A DNA stretch of 19,189 nt from Octopus sinensis (lineage: Eukaryota), in NCBI RefSeq assembly GCF_006345805.1, contig NW_021824283.1, positions 1 through 19,189 of the forward strand, given 5' to 3'. Position numbers and translations under genes: made by a program. This document shows positions 1-9,681 of the stretch, in pieces. The first letter of the stretch is position 1. Every line of letters begins with the position of its first letter. The notes under the pieces were generated by a model. It was given only the letters and a program-made list of their open reading frames with translations, did not search any database and was not told the origin of the DNA.

Positions 1-343
1 GCCTTCAACTAACACTATCTCCTCCGAGACCCTGCAGCACAAATTGACCAAAATTGAGAGTATGATAGAAGAAGGCTTGCTCTTCCTTCCGTAGAAGAAA
101 AAATTCAAATCGGACCATGTTAACACCAAAAATTATTTACATCAAAAAGTGCTTTTTTTCTATGAAAATCCCTATTTTTTACGATTTTTTTACTGCTGTG
201 TCGCCATTTTTCGGTGTATTTCAACCAGAAAAATGTTCACTTAAAGAGAATAACAAGCTACATAATGCAAAATTTTTACTTTTCCAAAATTCCAATTCTA
301 AAGGGTCGAAACAAACCCGAGCAACGTTGGGCGATACTGCTAG
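1..343 (+). mobile_element. Helitron-like element, 3' end (5' part lies outside the window)
   Basis: GC-rich subterminal hairpin CCCGAGCAACGTTGGG (316-331), followed 8 nt later by CTAG (340-343) and then T: the canonical Helitron 3' terminus. The interior is AT-rich and non-coding. Confidence 0.7.
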
Positions 344-474
344 TATATGTATATGTTTGTGTGTCTGTGCTTTTCCCCCAAGCCTCGCTTGACAACCTCT
401 GTGTGTATGTGCGTGCGCATTTATCTACATACGTCTATGTTTATATTTGTGGCATATATAGTTACATTAGCCAT

Positions 475-860
475 GTGCATTTTGTACACATGGAAACAAT
501 AAGAGGAAACAGTAAGAATAAACAAAACCAACGTTCATGAGAAAATACACACCTCAACACATGTCACCCAACTTCGTTAAAACAGGCATATACGCATGCA
601 AATATCACAGTACACATACATTTAGACATACAACGACACACATGCACACACACACACACACATACACACATTCTGTGTTCTACTTGAATGAAGATTGATC
701 TGTACTGTTATATTTTTTATCTAATTAACGTGTGTGTCCGTGTGTCCACGTGTGCACATGTATATGCATGTGTATAAGTGTGATTTTAGGTTCACCTACA
801 TATGTACTTGCCTCTATTTGTATATTTATCTTTGTTTATAAGCATTGTTGAGTGGTTGAG
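475..860 (+). repeat. Unclassified diverged repeat, copy 1 (paired with 1837-2160)
   Basis: Shares collinear blocks with copy 2: GTGCATTT-GTACACATGGAAAC--TAAGAGGAAACA, ACATTCTGTGT--TACTT-AATGAA-ATTG and CCTACATATGTACTT. Confidence 0.7.
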
Positions 861-865
861 TGGCT

Positions 866-1235
866 ATATATATATATATATAAATAATTACATATATATA
901 TATAATTACATATATATATATAATTATATATATATTATATATATATGTATATATTTATATATATACATATATATGTAATTATATATATATATATATGTAA
1001 TTATATATATGTATATGTAATTATATGTATATGTAATTATATGTATATGTAATTATATATATATGTCCATTATAAATATATATGTATATATATAATATAA
1101 GTATATATATATATATATGATATTATATAATTATATATATGTATATATGTGTATATATGTTGTATTATGTATATATATATGTATATATATATGTATTATA
1201 TATGTATATATATGTATATATATGTATATATATGT

Positions 1236-1266
<31 letters not shown>

Positions 1267-1832
1267 GTATATATATATGTATATATATATGTGTATATAT
1301 ATTGTATATATATATGTGTATATATAGTGTATATATATATGTATATATATATGTGTATATATATGTTATATATATATGTATATATATATGTGTATATATA
1401 TATGTACATATATATATGTTACATATATATATGTACATCTATATATGTACATATATATATGTGTATATATATATGTGTATATATATGTCATATATATATG
1501 TCATATATATATGTATATATATATATGTATATATATATATATGTACAATATATATGTACATATATATATGTACATATATATATGTACTATATATATGTAT
1601 ATATATATATGTACATATATATATGTATAATATTATATATGTATATATATATATATATATATATGTAGGGATGTATATATATGTATATATATGCAGAGAT
1701 GTAAATGTGTGTGCATATATATATATATGTATACATGCACACACATATATAGATATAAATGTTTATATGTATACATGCACACACATATATAGATATAAAT
1801 GTTTATATGTATACATGCATATATGTATATAT
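866..1832. repeat. Compound (TA)n/(TATG) microsatellite, including a 40-bp tandem unit at ~1731-1818
   Basis: Direct reading; source of the Y/I/C/M-rich ORFs. Confidence 0.97.
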
Positions 1833-1836
1833 AAAC

Positions 1837-2160
1837 GTGCATTTAGTACACATGGAAACGCTAAGAGGAAACACTAAAAATATAAACATCATCACCTGCT
1901 TGATAAAGTACACACCCTCACCAACACACACACACACATTTAACAATAATAACAATACAAATATGCACAAATACATTCTGTGTAATACTTAAATGAAAAT
2001 TGTCCTGTTGTTATTTTTTGCTTCATAAGTGTGTATGTGTGTGTGTATGTGTTGTGTGTGTGTGTGTGTGTGTGAATGACTTTATGTACGCCTACATATG
2101 TACTTATCACAATTTGTGTCTCTGTTTTTACCGTGTTTCTAAGACATCGTCATGTGGGTG
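1837..2160 (+). repeat. Unclassified diverged repeat, copy 2
   Basis: See 475-860. Confidence 0.7.
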
Positions 2161-2391
2161 TATGCACCTATACAAAATCACGAGATAGAATGACTTTGTC
2201 ACCAATCAGTGGAGAAAGAACGGTTTTTCTATGAATTCTTTAAGCAACGAGATAAAGATTCTTGCATTGAGTTAACTCTTTGCCTGGCCGCTCTGTCATG
2301 TGCAATACACAAGACATCTTTCTCTTGCATCCATGCATCGTATACGATACATATTCCCAACTTTTTCCAACCACCAGAGTAACTTGGAACA

Positions 2392-2893
2392 GCTGGCCAG
2401 CTTCCATGCCATGTAGCCCATAACAAGATCATAAACCATGGAGTAGTTGCTGCATGGTTCCCTTCCCAGCTTGAGCCATTGGGGCTAGACCAAAGGAACG
2501 GTAAAAGCCTGCATGATATGACAGTTTTCCCAATCCGTGATGGTAAGTGCCCCTCCATCATGTGGGATGCCACATGTTGTGACACCTTCTCCAATGGCAA
2601 CTTGGTATTGTCAGCTACCAGCCCAATGTCTGCTACTTGCCAGGCTGAGAAAAACAAATGGTCAAAGTATTGGTAACTCTCTGACAGGTTTGCGGTCAAG
2701 CCTGTGGCAGTTGAGATCTCCAGCATCCTCAGCCCCTGGGCCATATCCCTGCTCACTACTATTGGGGCAGAGATGGCTGTCTGCCAATGTGAGCTCTATG
2801 AGTGCAAATAACTGTTTAACACATCCCCCTCGTTGCCCTCTGGCGCAACACCTTTTCCATTTTGTCTGCTGGGGCCATGAGAAATATTTCTAA
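2392..2893 (+). mobile_element. Decayed CRE-clade non-LTR retrotransposon, C-terminal restriction-like endonuclease region
   Basis: The + frame reads AGQLPCHVAHNKIINHGVVAAWFPSQLEPLGLDQRNGKSLHDMTVFPIRDGKCPSIMWDATCCDTF...AEKNKWSKYW*LSDRFAVKPVAVEISSILSP...(frameshift)HIPLVALWRNTFSILSAG. This follows the CRE-type pattern as I recall it: GR.PRH..LN.I..R.L.....LEP.GL.R.DGKRPDG.T..P...G..L.WD.TC.DT...AE..K..KY..L.....F.P.AVET.G...QR.S.A..RGNA.SIL. It has internal stops and the PD motif is lost. Confidence 0.85.
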
Positions 2894-2949
2894 ATTTTAG
2901 AAATATTTCTAAATATTTCTAAATAAAGGCAAGATTCTCTGTTAATCCT

Positions 2950-3346
2950 TCTATTTATTCTTTCACTTGTTTCAGTCATTTGACTACGACCATGCTGGAG
3001 CACTGCCCTTAGTTGATCAAATCAACCTCAGGATTTCTTTTTGTAAGCCTAGTACTTATTCTAGTGCTTAGTTATTGGGACATAAACGCACCAGTATTGG
3101 TTGTCAAGTGATGTTGGGGGGGGGGGGACAACACAGACACACAAATATATACACACACATACATATATATATACATATATATACGATGGGCTTTTTTCAG
3201 TTTCTGTCTACAAAATCCACTCACAAGGCTTTGGTTGCCTCAAGGCTATAGTAGAAGACACTTGCTCAAGGTGCTACGCAGTGGGACTGAACCTGGAACC
3301 ATGTAGTTGGTAAGCAAGCTCCTCGCCACACAGCCACTCCTGCACC
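2950..3346 (-). mobile_element. tRNA-derived SINE family A, full length
   Basis: On the minus strand: head with A-box TGGCTGTGTGG and B-box GGTTCAGTCCC, a CORE-like CCTTG(A/G)GCAAGTGTCTT, an internal TA/TG microsatellite, and a tail ending GAAACAAGT plus AAGAGTA-like repeats. Confidence 0.9.
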
Positions 3347-3703
3347 TACATATAATCACCTCTGTATATCTCTTCCTTTCCTTCTTTTGTTTTATGAATA
3401 TTCTCTCTCTCTCTCTCCCCCCTTTGCACAGAAAGCTTTATATTACTCAGGATGTATGAGACAAAGGCTGACCAAAAGCTTGAAAATAATCATGGATGTT
3501 TAGGACAAACTTATAAAAATGCCCTCAACAGGCAAAGGGTTGAGAGTGAGTGCATAAACAGACAAAATAACCCCCATGATGCTTGCAACACAGTGGCAAA
3601 CAGATCTTAAGAATTTGGTGACCACCAGACTACAGAGCATGGTGACCTGTCAAAGATCTTCTCCAGGTTGATGATGAATGGTAGCTATAGTATCTCCTGT
3701 TAT

Positions 3704-3884
3704 CTTCTATTACTTGTTTCAGTCATTGGATTGCAGCCATGCTGGAGCAATGCCTCGAAGGGTTTCAGTTGAACAAATCAACTCCAGGACTTTTAAGTTT
3801 CCTTTTAAGTTCAGTACTTATTCTCTCGGGCTCTTTTGCTGGATTACTAAGTTATGAGGACGTAAACAAACCATCACTGGTTGA
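3704..3884 (-). mobile_element. SINE family A, 3' half (older variant)
   Basis: TACTTGTTTCAGTCATT...GCCATGCTGGAGCA...AGTACTTATTC...GACGTAAACA matches the 3' half of the other copies. Confidence 0.8.
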
Positions 3885-3886
3885 TA

Positions 3887-3990
3887 TGGGTGCTTAATAC
3901 ATGGCACCAACATGGGTGCTTTATAAGTGGCACCAGGACGGATGCTTTCCACGTGGCGCCAGCACGGGTGCTTTTTAGATAGCACTAGTA
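3887..3990. repeat. Degenerate ~25-27-bp tandem repeat (~4 units) related to the family B 3'UTR motif
   Basis: Units GGGTGCTT....TGGCACCA.CA resemble the reverse complement of GCCGGTGGCACGTAAAAGCACCC in family B. Confidence 0.6.
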
Positions 3991-4138
3991 TGTTTGAATA
4001 ATGAAATATCTTTAGTATTTCAGTAACTATCCTTGATGAGTCATTTACTTCTCATTCCTTCATAACCATGATGATATGTTTTGACCATCCAAGTGCCACT
4101 TCCTGTAGTTGGTCCCTCTGTATCTTCATGGGTTACAC

Positions 4139-4436
4139 CAGTGGTTCCCAAACGTTTTCAGGCTGCTGCCCCCTTGATTCTAAGGCCACATCCCTAGTGC
4201 CCCACCACACCCCACTCACCATCACAGACATATATCATTTTATGCAACAAATTCAAAACAACAGTATTCCACAAATAAGACTTGACCTAATTAACCCTTT
4301 ATTTTGTTTGTGTTTTTTACATATATTGCCTCGTTTTGGTGACCCCATTATCGCCCCAGTTTTCTTCAACAGCCCTTGAATCTTTCCACCATCCCTCCCA
4401 GTGGGGTATGATACCACCCTCTTTAGGGAACCACTT
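4139..4436. mobile_element. Non-autonomous hAT-type MITE (298 bp)
   Basis: TIRs CAGTGGTTCCC (4139) and GGGAACCACT(T) (4426-4436); perfect 8-bp TSD GGTTACAC at 4131-4138 and 4437-4444. Confidence 0.92.
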
Positions 4437-4566
4437 GGTTACACCCTCTCTCTCTTACATGCATTTTCTTTATTCAACAAACCCTCACTGTGATATTTCC
4501 GTGCCTTATCTTAGTATCAGAGCAAGTGTGCCATTATCTTTCCATACACTTCTTCTGTTGGTGCCA

Positions 4567-5000
4567 TACTCTCTTTTACTCTTTTACTTGTTTCAGTCAT
4601 TTGACTGTGGCCATGCTGGAGCACCGCCTTTAGTCGAGCACATCGAGCCCAGGACTTATTCTTTGTATGCCTAGTACTTATTCTATCGGTCTCTTTTGCC
4701 AAACCACTAAGTTACGGTGATGCAAACACACCACCATCGGTTGTCAAGTGATGGTGGGGGGAGGGAGGACAAACACAGACACACAAACTTATACACACAC
4801 ATACATACATACATATATATATATATATACATATATGCGATGGGCTTCTTTCAGTTTCCGTCTACCAAATCTACTCACAAGGTTTTGGTCGGCCTGAGGC
4901 TATAGTAGAAGACACTTGCCCAAGGTGCCACGCAGTGGGACTGAACCTGGAACCATGTGGTTGGTAAGCAAGCTACTTACCACACAGCCACTCCTACGCC
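4567..5000 (-). mobile_element. SINE family A, full length
   Basis: Same architecture as the other copies, with a (TACTCTTT)n tail on the + strand. Confidence 0.93.
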
Positions 5001-5381
5001 ATGTCCAGAATATAGGAGGTCACAGATCATGTCCTGCCACAATTCTCTGTTTTCCGTAATAACCCCGCTTCCTGATTTTCTATGCATCTTTCTTCCAGCC
5101 AATTCATCAAGCTCAAAATTCCTCTCATCCTTCTCCTTTCTCTGTTGCTTTTCCTTCAATCCTTCTGGTCATCATCAAATTCTCCAGGCCCTCTTTTCTT
5201 ATCACACGACCAAGAAATCTCAGTTACTTGGACCTTAACTCACGAAGCAGTTTCCTATTTACTGCAGCCCAGTGCCATCACTTCTTCATTAGACACTTCG
5301 TCTGCCCATGCTAACCTCAATATTCTCCTTAAGAACCACATTTCACAGCTCTCCAAGCTTCTTCTAATTTCTGACATTATA
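5001..5381 (-). mobile_element. RTE-clade LINE ORF2 C-terminal remnant (downstream part)
   Basis: Minus-strand translation IMSEIRRSLESCEMWFLRRILRLAWADEVSNEEV...LRFLGRVIRKEGLENLMMTRRIEGK...ENRELWQDMI matches RTE post-RT motifs (EMW..RR.L.I.W...V.NEEV; L...GH..R...LE.....G.IEGKR). Frameshifted. Confidence 0.88.
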
Positions 5382-6414
5382 GAAGTGGTGAAACACGACC
5401 TTCGAACATTAGGCCTCAACGAGGCCATGACCAGTGACTGAGAATTTCGGAAATATGCTGTGCTTGAGAAGACCTGGCAAGCCAAGTGAGACCATAATCT
5501 TGTGGCCTATGCCAGGGGTATAGCCAGCCCACTTATACGTACATTCCCTTCATTGGACGCTGCTTGCAAAGACCTGTTGAGGCAAGTGAAATTGGAATCG
5601 AAATCAAATTCGATGACTGGCATCCGTGCTAGTGGAGCATTAAGAGCACCATCCGAGCGTGATCGTTGCCAGAGCAGCTAACTGGTGTTCGTACCGGTGG
5701 CACCTAAAAAGCACCGTTCAAGTGTGATCGTTGCCAGAGCAGCTAACTGGTGTTCGTACCGGTGGCACCTAAAAGGCACCGTTCAAGTGTGATCGTTACC
5801 AGAGCAGCTACTGGTGTTCGTACCGGTGGCCTAAAAGGCACCGTTCAGTGTGATCGTTACAAGAGCAGCTAACTGGTGTTCGTAACCGGTGGCACCTAAA
5901 AGGCACCGTTCAAGTGTGATCGTTACCAGAGCAGCTAACTGGTGTTCGTACCGGTGGCACCTAAAAAGCACCGTTCAAGTGTGATCGTTGCCAGAGCAGC
6001 TAACTGGTGTTCGTACCGGTGGCACCTAAAAGGCACCGTTCAAGTGTGATCGTTACCAGAGCAGCTAACTGGTGTTCGTACCGGTGGCACCTAAAAGGCA
6101 CCGTTCAAGTGTGATCGTTACCAGCGTCGCCTTACTGGCACTTGTGCCGGTGTGCAGGTGACACGTAAAAAAAAAAACACGATTTTCCATGACCGCTGCC
6201 AGTACCGCCTGACTAGCCCTCATGCCGGTGGCACGTAAAAGCACCCACTACACTCTCTGAGTGGTTGGTGTTAGGAAGGGCATCCAGCTGTAGAAACTCT
6301 TCCAAATTAAGATTGGATCCTGGTGCAGCCATCTGGTTTGCCAGTCCTCAGTCAAATCATCCAACCCATGCTAGCATGGAAAGCGGACGTTAAACAACGA
6401 CGATGATGATGATG
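5382..6414 (+). mobile_element. Family B: 5'-truncated RTE-type LINE (ORF end, long 3'UTR, (GAT)n tail)
   Basis: Begins EVVKHDLRTLGLNEAMTSD*EFRKYAVLEKTWQAK*, resembling an RTE C-terminus (V..DL..LG......DR..WR). Ends CCAACCCATGCTAGCATGGAAAGCGGACGTTAAAC plus (GAT)n. Confidence 0.85.
5655..6124 (+). repeat. 65-bp minisatellite, 7 full copies plus a partial copy, inside the family B 3'UTR
   Basis: Unit AAGTGTGATCGTT(G/A)CCAGAGCAGCTAACTGGTGTTCGTACCGGTGGCACCTAAAA(A/G)GCACCGTTC starting at 5655, 5720, 5785, ~5847, 5912, 5977, 6042 and 6107. Confidence 0.97.
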
Positions 6415-6565
6415 TAGCTTACCTCACTTTCATACATTAGCCCAAGGTAGACATAGCAATCCAATGCATGGATCTTGGTCTTGATGCTCAGTGTATGGTT
6501 TCTTAAGATGTCATTCATATTTGAAAATGCAGATTTTACCAGCACTTTTCAAAGTTTCAGTCAGC
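6415..6565 (-). mobile_element. RTE-clade LINE ORF2 remnant (upstream part of the 5001-5381 element)
   Basis: The minus strand reads VKSAFSNMNDILRNHTLSIKTKIHALDCYVYLGLMYESEV, matching A..AF..M...L....LS..TK......V...L.YG.E.W. In RTE ORF2 this motif directly precedes the segment found at 5381. Confidence 0.85.
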
Positions 6566-6645
6566 TCTACTATTGTAAGACTGTGGCAGCTAAAACATAT
6601 TACTTACTTACATTCATTTATATATATATATATATATATATAAAA

Positions 6646-7065
6646 GGCGCAGGAGTGGCTGTGTGGTAAGTAGCTTGCTAACCAACACCACATGGTCCGG
6701 GTTCAGTCCCACTGCGTGGCATCTTGGGCAAGTGTCTTCTGCTATAGCCCCGGGCCGACCAATGCTTGTGAGTGGATTTGGTAGACGGAAACTGAAAGAA
6801 GCCTGTTGTATATATGTATATATCTATATATATATAATATATGTGTGGTGTGGGGGGGGTTGTGTGTTTCTGTGTTTGTCCCCCTAGCATTGCTTAACAA
6901 CCGATGGGGTTGTGTTTACGTCCCCGTCACTTAGCGGTCGGCAAAAGAGACCGATAGAATAAGTCCTGGGCTTACAAAAGAATCAGTCCTGGTCGATTGA
7001 TCCGACTAAGGCGGTGCTCCAGTATGACCGGAGTCAAATGATGAAACAACCAGAGTAAAAGAGTA
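6646..7065 (+). mobile_element. SINE family A, full length
   Basis: GGCGCAGGAGTGGCTGTGTGG head, GGTTCAGTCCC B-box, GAGTAAAAGAGTA tail. Confidence 0.93.
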
Positions 7066-7097
7066 TATATATAAATATCTATATATATATATATATA

Positions 7098-7210
7098 GGT
7101 ATATACATAATGTTTTAAGTGAAAAATTCAGGGGTTAAGTTAGTACTTATGAATACTTATAAACCATTGTATTATTCTAAATAATTAAGAATGTTTAATG
7201 ACTGGTTACA
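7098..7210 (-). repeat. 113-bp repeat, inverted relative to 10776-10888
   Basis: Its reverse complement aligns ungapped to 10776-10888 with 6 mismatches by hand count. Confidence 0.93.
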
Positions 7211-7665
7211 GTCATTAAAACATTCCATTACGAAATAGTCAAATCACTCAATTACTTGGTTTTTAAATACTGGATTAAACTTTGAACTTTGACATTTACA
7301 TTGTCAAAGCAAAAGATTAAATCTAATGAAACCATTATTAACTAAAACTATTGTCACACCTGTTTACTAAAAATCTCCCTGTATCTACCCACATCCTTTT
7401 TTTGTGAACCACTAAGAAACAATCCCATGACCTAAATTGGACATACTTAAATATACACACCTGCTTACAAAGTTCTACAGGTATGAATAAATTCTAAACA
7501 ATAACATGATCCCAAATTAAACCAATAAAAATTTCTCCAAAACACCTCTCCATAACAACCCACCTACGAGGTAATTACCTTTCCACTCAAATCCAATGGA
7601 GATTTTAATTCAACAGAAACTATATTGAGCCAAGATGAACTTCAATGCATCCCGGTCTGATGATG

Positions 7666-7989
7666 CTTTCCTTTTTTTATTTCCTCGCCCATTTCAAGCC
7701 TAGCCAGGCTCATGGGCTGGGTTCCCCGGTTTCTGTGGTGTATGTGTTCCCCCCAGCTGGACGGGACGCCAGTCCATCGCAGTGTTACTCAAGAAACAGG
7801 AAGAGAGAGTGAGAGAAAGTTGTGGCAAAAGAGTACAAAAGGGGTTGCCACCCCCACTCTGCCGGAGCCTCATAGAGCTTTTAGGTGTTTTCGCTCAATA
7901 AACACACACATCGCCCAGTCTGGGAATTGAAACCGCGATCCTCCGACTGCAAGCCCGCTGCCCTAACCACTGGGCCATTGTGCCTCCAC
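7666..7989 (-). mobile_element. tRNA-derived SINE family C with TSD
   Basis: Minus-strand head GGAGGCACAATGGCCCAGTGGTTAGGGCAGCGG...GGTTTCAATTCCC (A and B boxes), A-rich tail, flanked by CTGATGATG at 7657-7665 and 7990-7998. Confidence 0.88.
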
Positions 7990-8027
7990 CTGATGATGGC
8001 TTACCTGAGCGAAACTTCAAAGTCACT
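7990..8027 (+). ncRNA. Minimal hammerhead ribozyme motif interrupted by the SINE (5' helix I strand at 7654-7656)
   Basis: Removing the SINE gives GGT CTGATGA TG GCT-TACCTG-AGC GAAAC TTCAAA GTC ACT. Confidence 0.6.
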
Positions 8028-8125
8028 ATCAGCAATATTTTTGTTGAAGAATAATAAAGTTGAGCTCTACAACCATAAGGATTAATGTAACCTTTTTCCC
8101 CTTTCATCATAACTGAACATTTTAA

Positions 8126-8350
8126 GGCAACGAGCTGGAAGACTCATTAGCATGCTGGGCAAGATGATTATCTGCATTTTGTCAATCTTTATGTTCTGAG
8201 TTCAAATTCAACCAAGGTCAGCATCATCTTTAATCATTTTGGGGTCGATAAAATGAGTACCAGTTGAACACTGGAGTTGATGTAATCAATTTAGCATCAT
8301 CCACAAAAAAAAAAAAGAAAGAAATTACTGGCCTTGTGCCAAAATTTAAT
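8126..8350 (+). mobile_element. tRNA-derived SINE family D (Nin/Deu-like central domain)
   Basis: GGC..CGAGCTGG head, GAGTTCAAATTC B-box and GGGGTCGATAAAATGAGTACCAG motif. AACTGAACAT occurs on both sides (8111, 8357) and may be a TSD. Confidence 0.8.
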
Positions 8351-8367
8351 CATTAGAACTGAACATA

Positions 8368-8524
8368 AGTGGCTGTGTGGTAAGTAGCTTGTTTACCAGC
8401 CACATGGTTCTGGGTTCAGTCCCACTGCGTGGCACCTTGGGCAAGTGTCTTCTACTATAGCCTCGGGCCAACCAAAGCCTTGTGAGTGGATTTGGTAGAC
8501 GGAAACTGAAAGAAGCCCGTCGTA

Positions 8525-8555
<31 letters not shown>

Positions 8556-8796
8556 GTTTGTGTGTGTTTGTGTGAGTGTGTTTGTCCCCCTAGCATTGCT
8601 TGACAACCGATGCTGGTGTGTTTATGTCCCCGTTACTTAGCGGTTTGGCAAAGGAGACCAATAGAATAAGTACTGGGCTTACAAAAGAATAAGTGCCGGG
8701 GTCGAGTTGCTCGATTAAAGGTGGTGCTCCAGCATGACCACAGTCAAATGTCTGAAACAAGTAAAAGAGTAAAAAGAGTAAAAGAGTATAAAAGTA
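8368..8796 (+). mobile_element. SINE family A, nearly full length
   Basis: A and B boxes, internal TA/TG tract, (AAAAGAGTA)n tail. Confidence 0.93.
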
Positions 8797-8864
8797 AATA
8801 TTAGTATATACTCTTTTTTGATGGAATAAATTTTTGATTGCATGTTTTGTTGATGACATTTTAA

Positions 8865-9450
8865 AGCAGCAAGCTGGTAGGGAGGGTCATTAGCATGCTG
8901 GGAAATGCTTAATAGCATTTTGTCCATTTCTTTTATTCTTTTACTTGTTTCAGGCATTTGTCTGCAGCCATGCTGGAGCACCACCTTTTAGTTGAGCAAA
9001 TCGACCCCAAGACTTACTCTTTGTAAGCCTAGTATTTATTCTATCGGCTCTTTTTGCTGAACTGCTAAGTTACGGGGACGTAAGCACACCAGCATCGGTT
9101 GTCAAGCAATACTGGGGATCAAACACATATGCACATACACACACACGACGGGCTTCTTTCAGTTTCCGTCTGCCAAATCCACTCACAAGGCTTTGGTCGG
9201 TCCGAGGCTATAGTAGAAGACACTTGCCCAAGGTGCCATGCAGTGGAACTGAACCTGGAACCATGTGGTTGGTAAGCAAGCTACTTACAATACTGCCACT
9301 CCTGTGCCTATGTTCTGGGTCCAAATGCTGCCGGGGTTGGCTTTGCCTTTCATCTGTTTGGGGTTAAGAAATTAAGTATCACCGAAGCACTGGGGTTGAT
9401 GAAATCAACTAGACCTCTCCCCCAAATTTTCAAGCCTTGTGCATATAATA
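8865..9450 (+). mobile_element. SINE family D split by a nested family A copy
   Basis: The head (8865-8930) resumes collinearly at ~9309 (TGTTCTGGGTCCAAAT...GCCTTTCATC...AATTAAGTA...CTGGGGTTGATG). Confidence 0.8.
8930..9308 (-). mobile_element. SINE family A, full length, nested in a family D copy
   Basis: Family A sequence on the minus strand. Confidence 0.92.
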
Positions 9451-9483
9451 AATAGGATTGTTGTTGTTGTTATTGATATTATT

Positions 9484-9681
9484 GAGCTGGCAGAATTGTT
9501 AGCATGCTTGACATTTCATTCATCTTTATGTTCTGAGTTCAAATTCTGCTGAGATTGATTTTGCCTTTCATCCTTTCAGGGTCAATAAATTAAGTACCAG
9601 TGGACCACAGGGGTTGATGTAATCGACTAGTCCCTTCCCCCCAAATTTCTGGCCTTGTACCTTTAGTGGAAGGGATTATTA
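9484..9681 (+). mobile_element. SINE family D
   Basis: GAGCTGGCAGAATTGTTAGCA...GAGTTCAAATTC...GCCTTTCATCCTTTCAGGGTCAATAAATTAAGTACCAG. Confidence 0.85.

Noticed and set aside
1117-1877. Long Y/I/C/M/H/V-rich ORFs (also 11388-12027 and 16285-16857)
   Set aside because: Translation of TA/TG microsatellites, which lack stop codons in most frames.
2229-2756. 175-aa minus-strand ORF
   Set aside because: Antisense to the CRE remnant; no recognisable domain.
3450-3690. Possible LINE 3' remnant or exon
   Set aside because: No convincing motif in any frame by eye.
5655-6124. CRISPR-like regular array
   Set aside because: The units are near-identical end to end with no unique spacers, there are no cas genes, and the context is a eukaryotic LINE 3'UTR.
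6646-6720. tRNA genes at SINE heads
   Set aside because: A and B boxes are present, but each head runs into a SINE body and I could not see a complete cloverleaf.
7230-7650. Penelope GIY-YIG endonuclease remnant
   Set aside because: Only faint hints (IYI, LNW, PAYK) in mixed frames; I cannot support it without a profile search.
8005-8066. Minus-strand exon suggested by CAG|GTAAG (also GAG|GTAAG near 6420)
   Set aside because: Both sites are better explained as parts of a hammerhead/Penelope tail and an RTE coding remnant.
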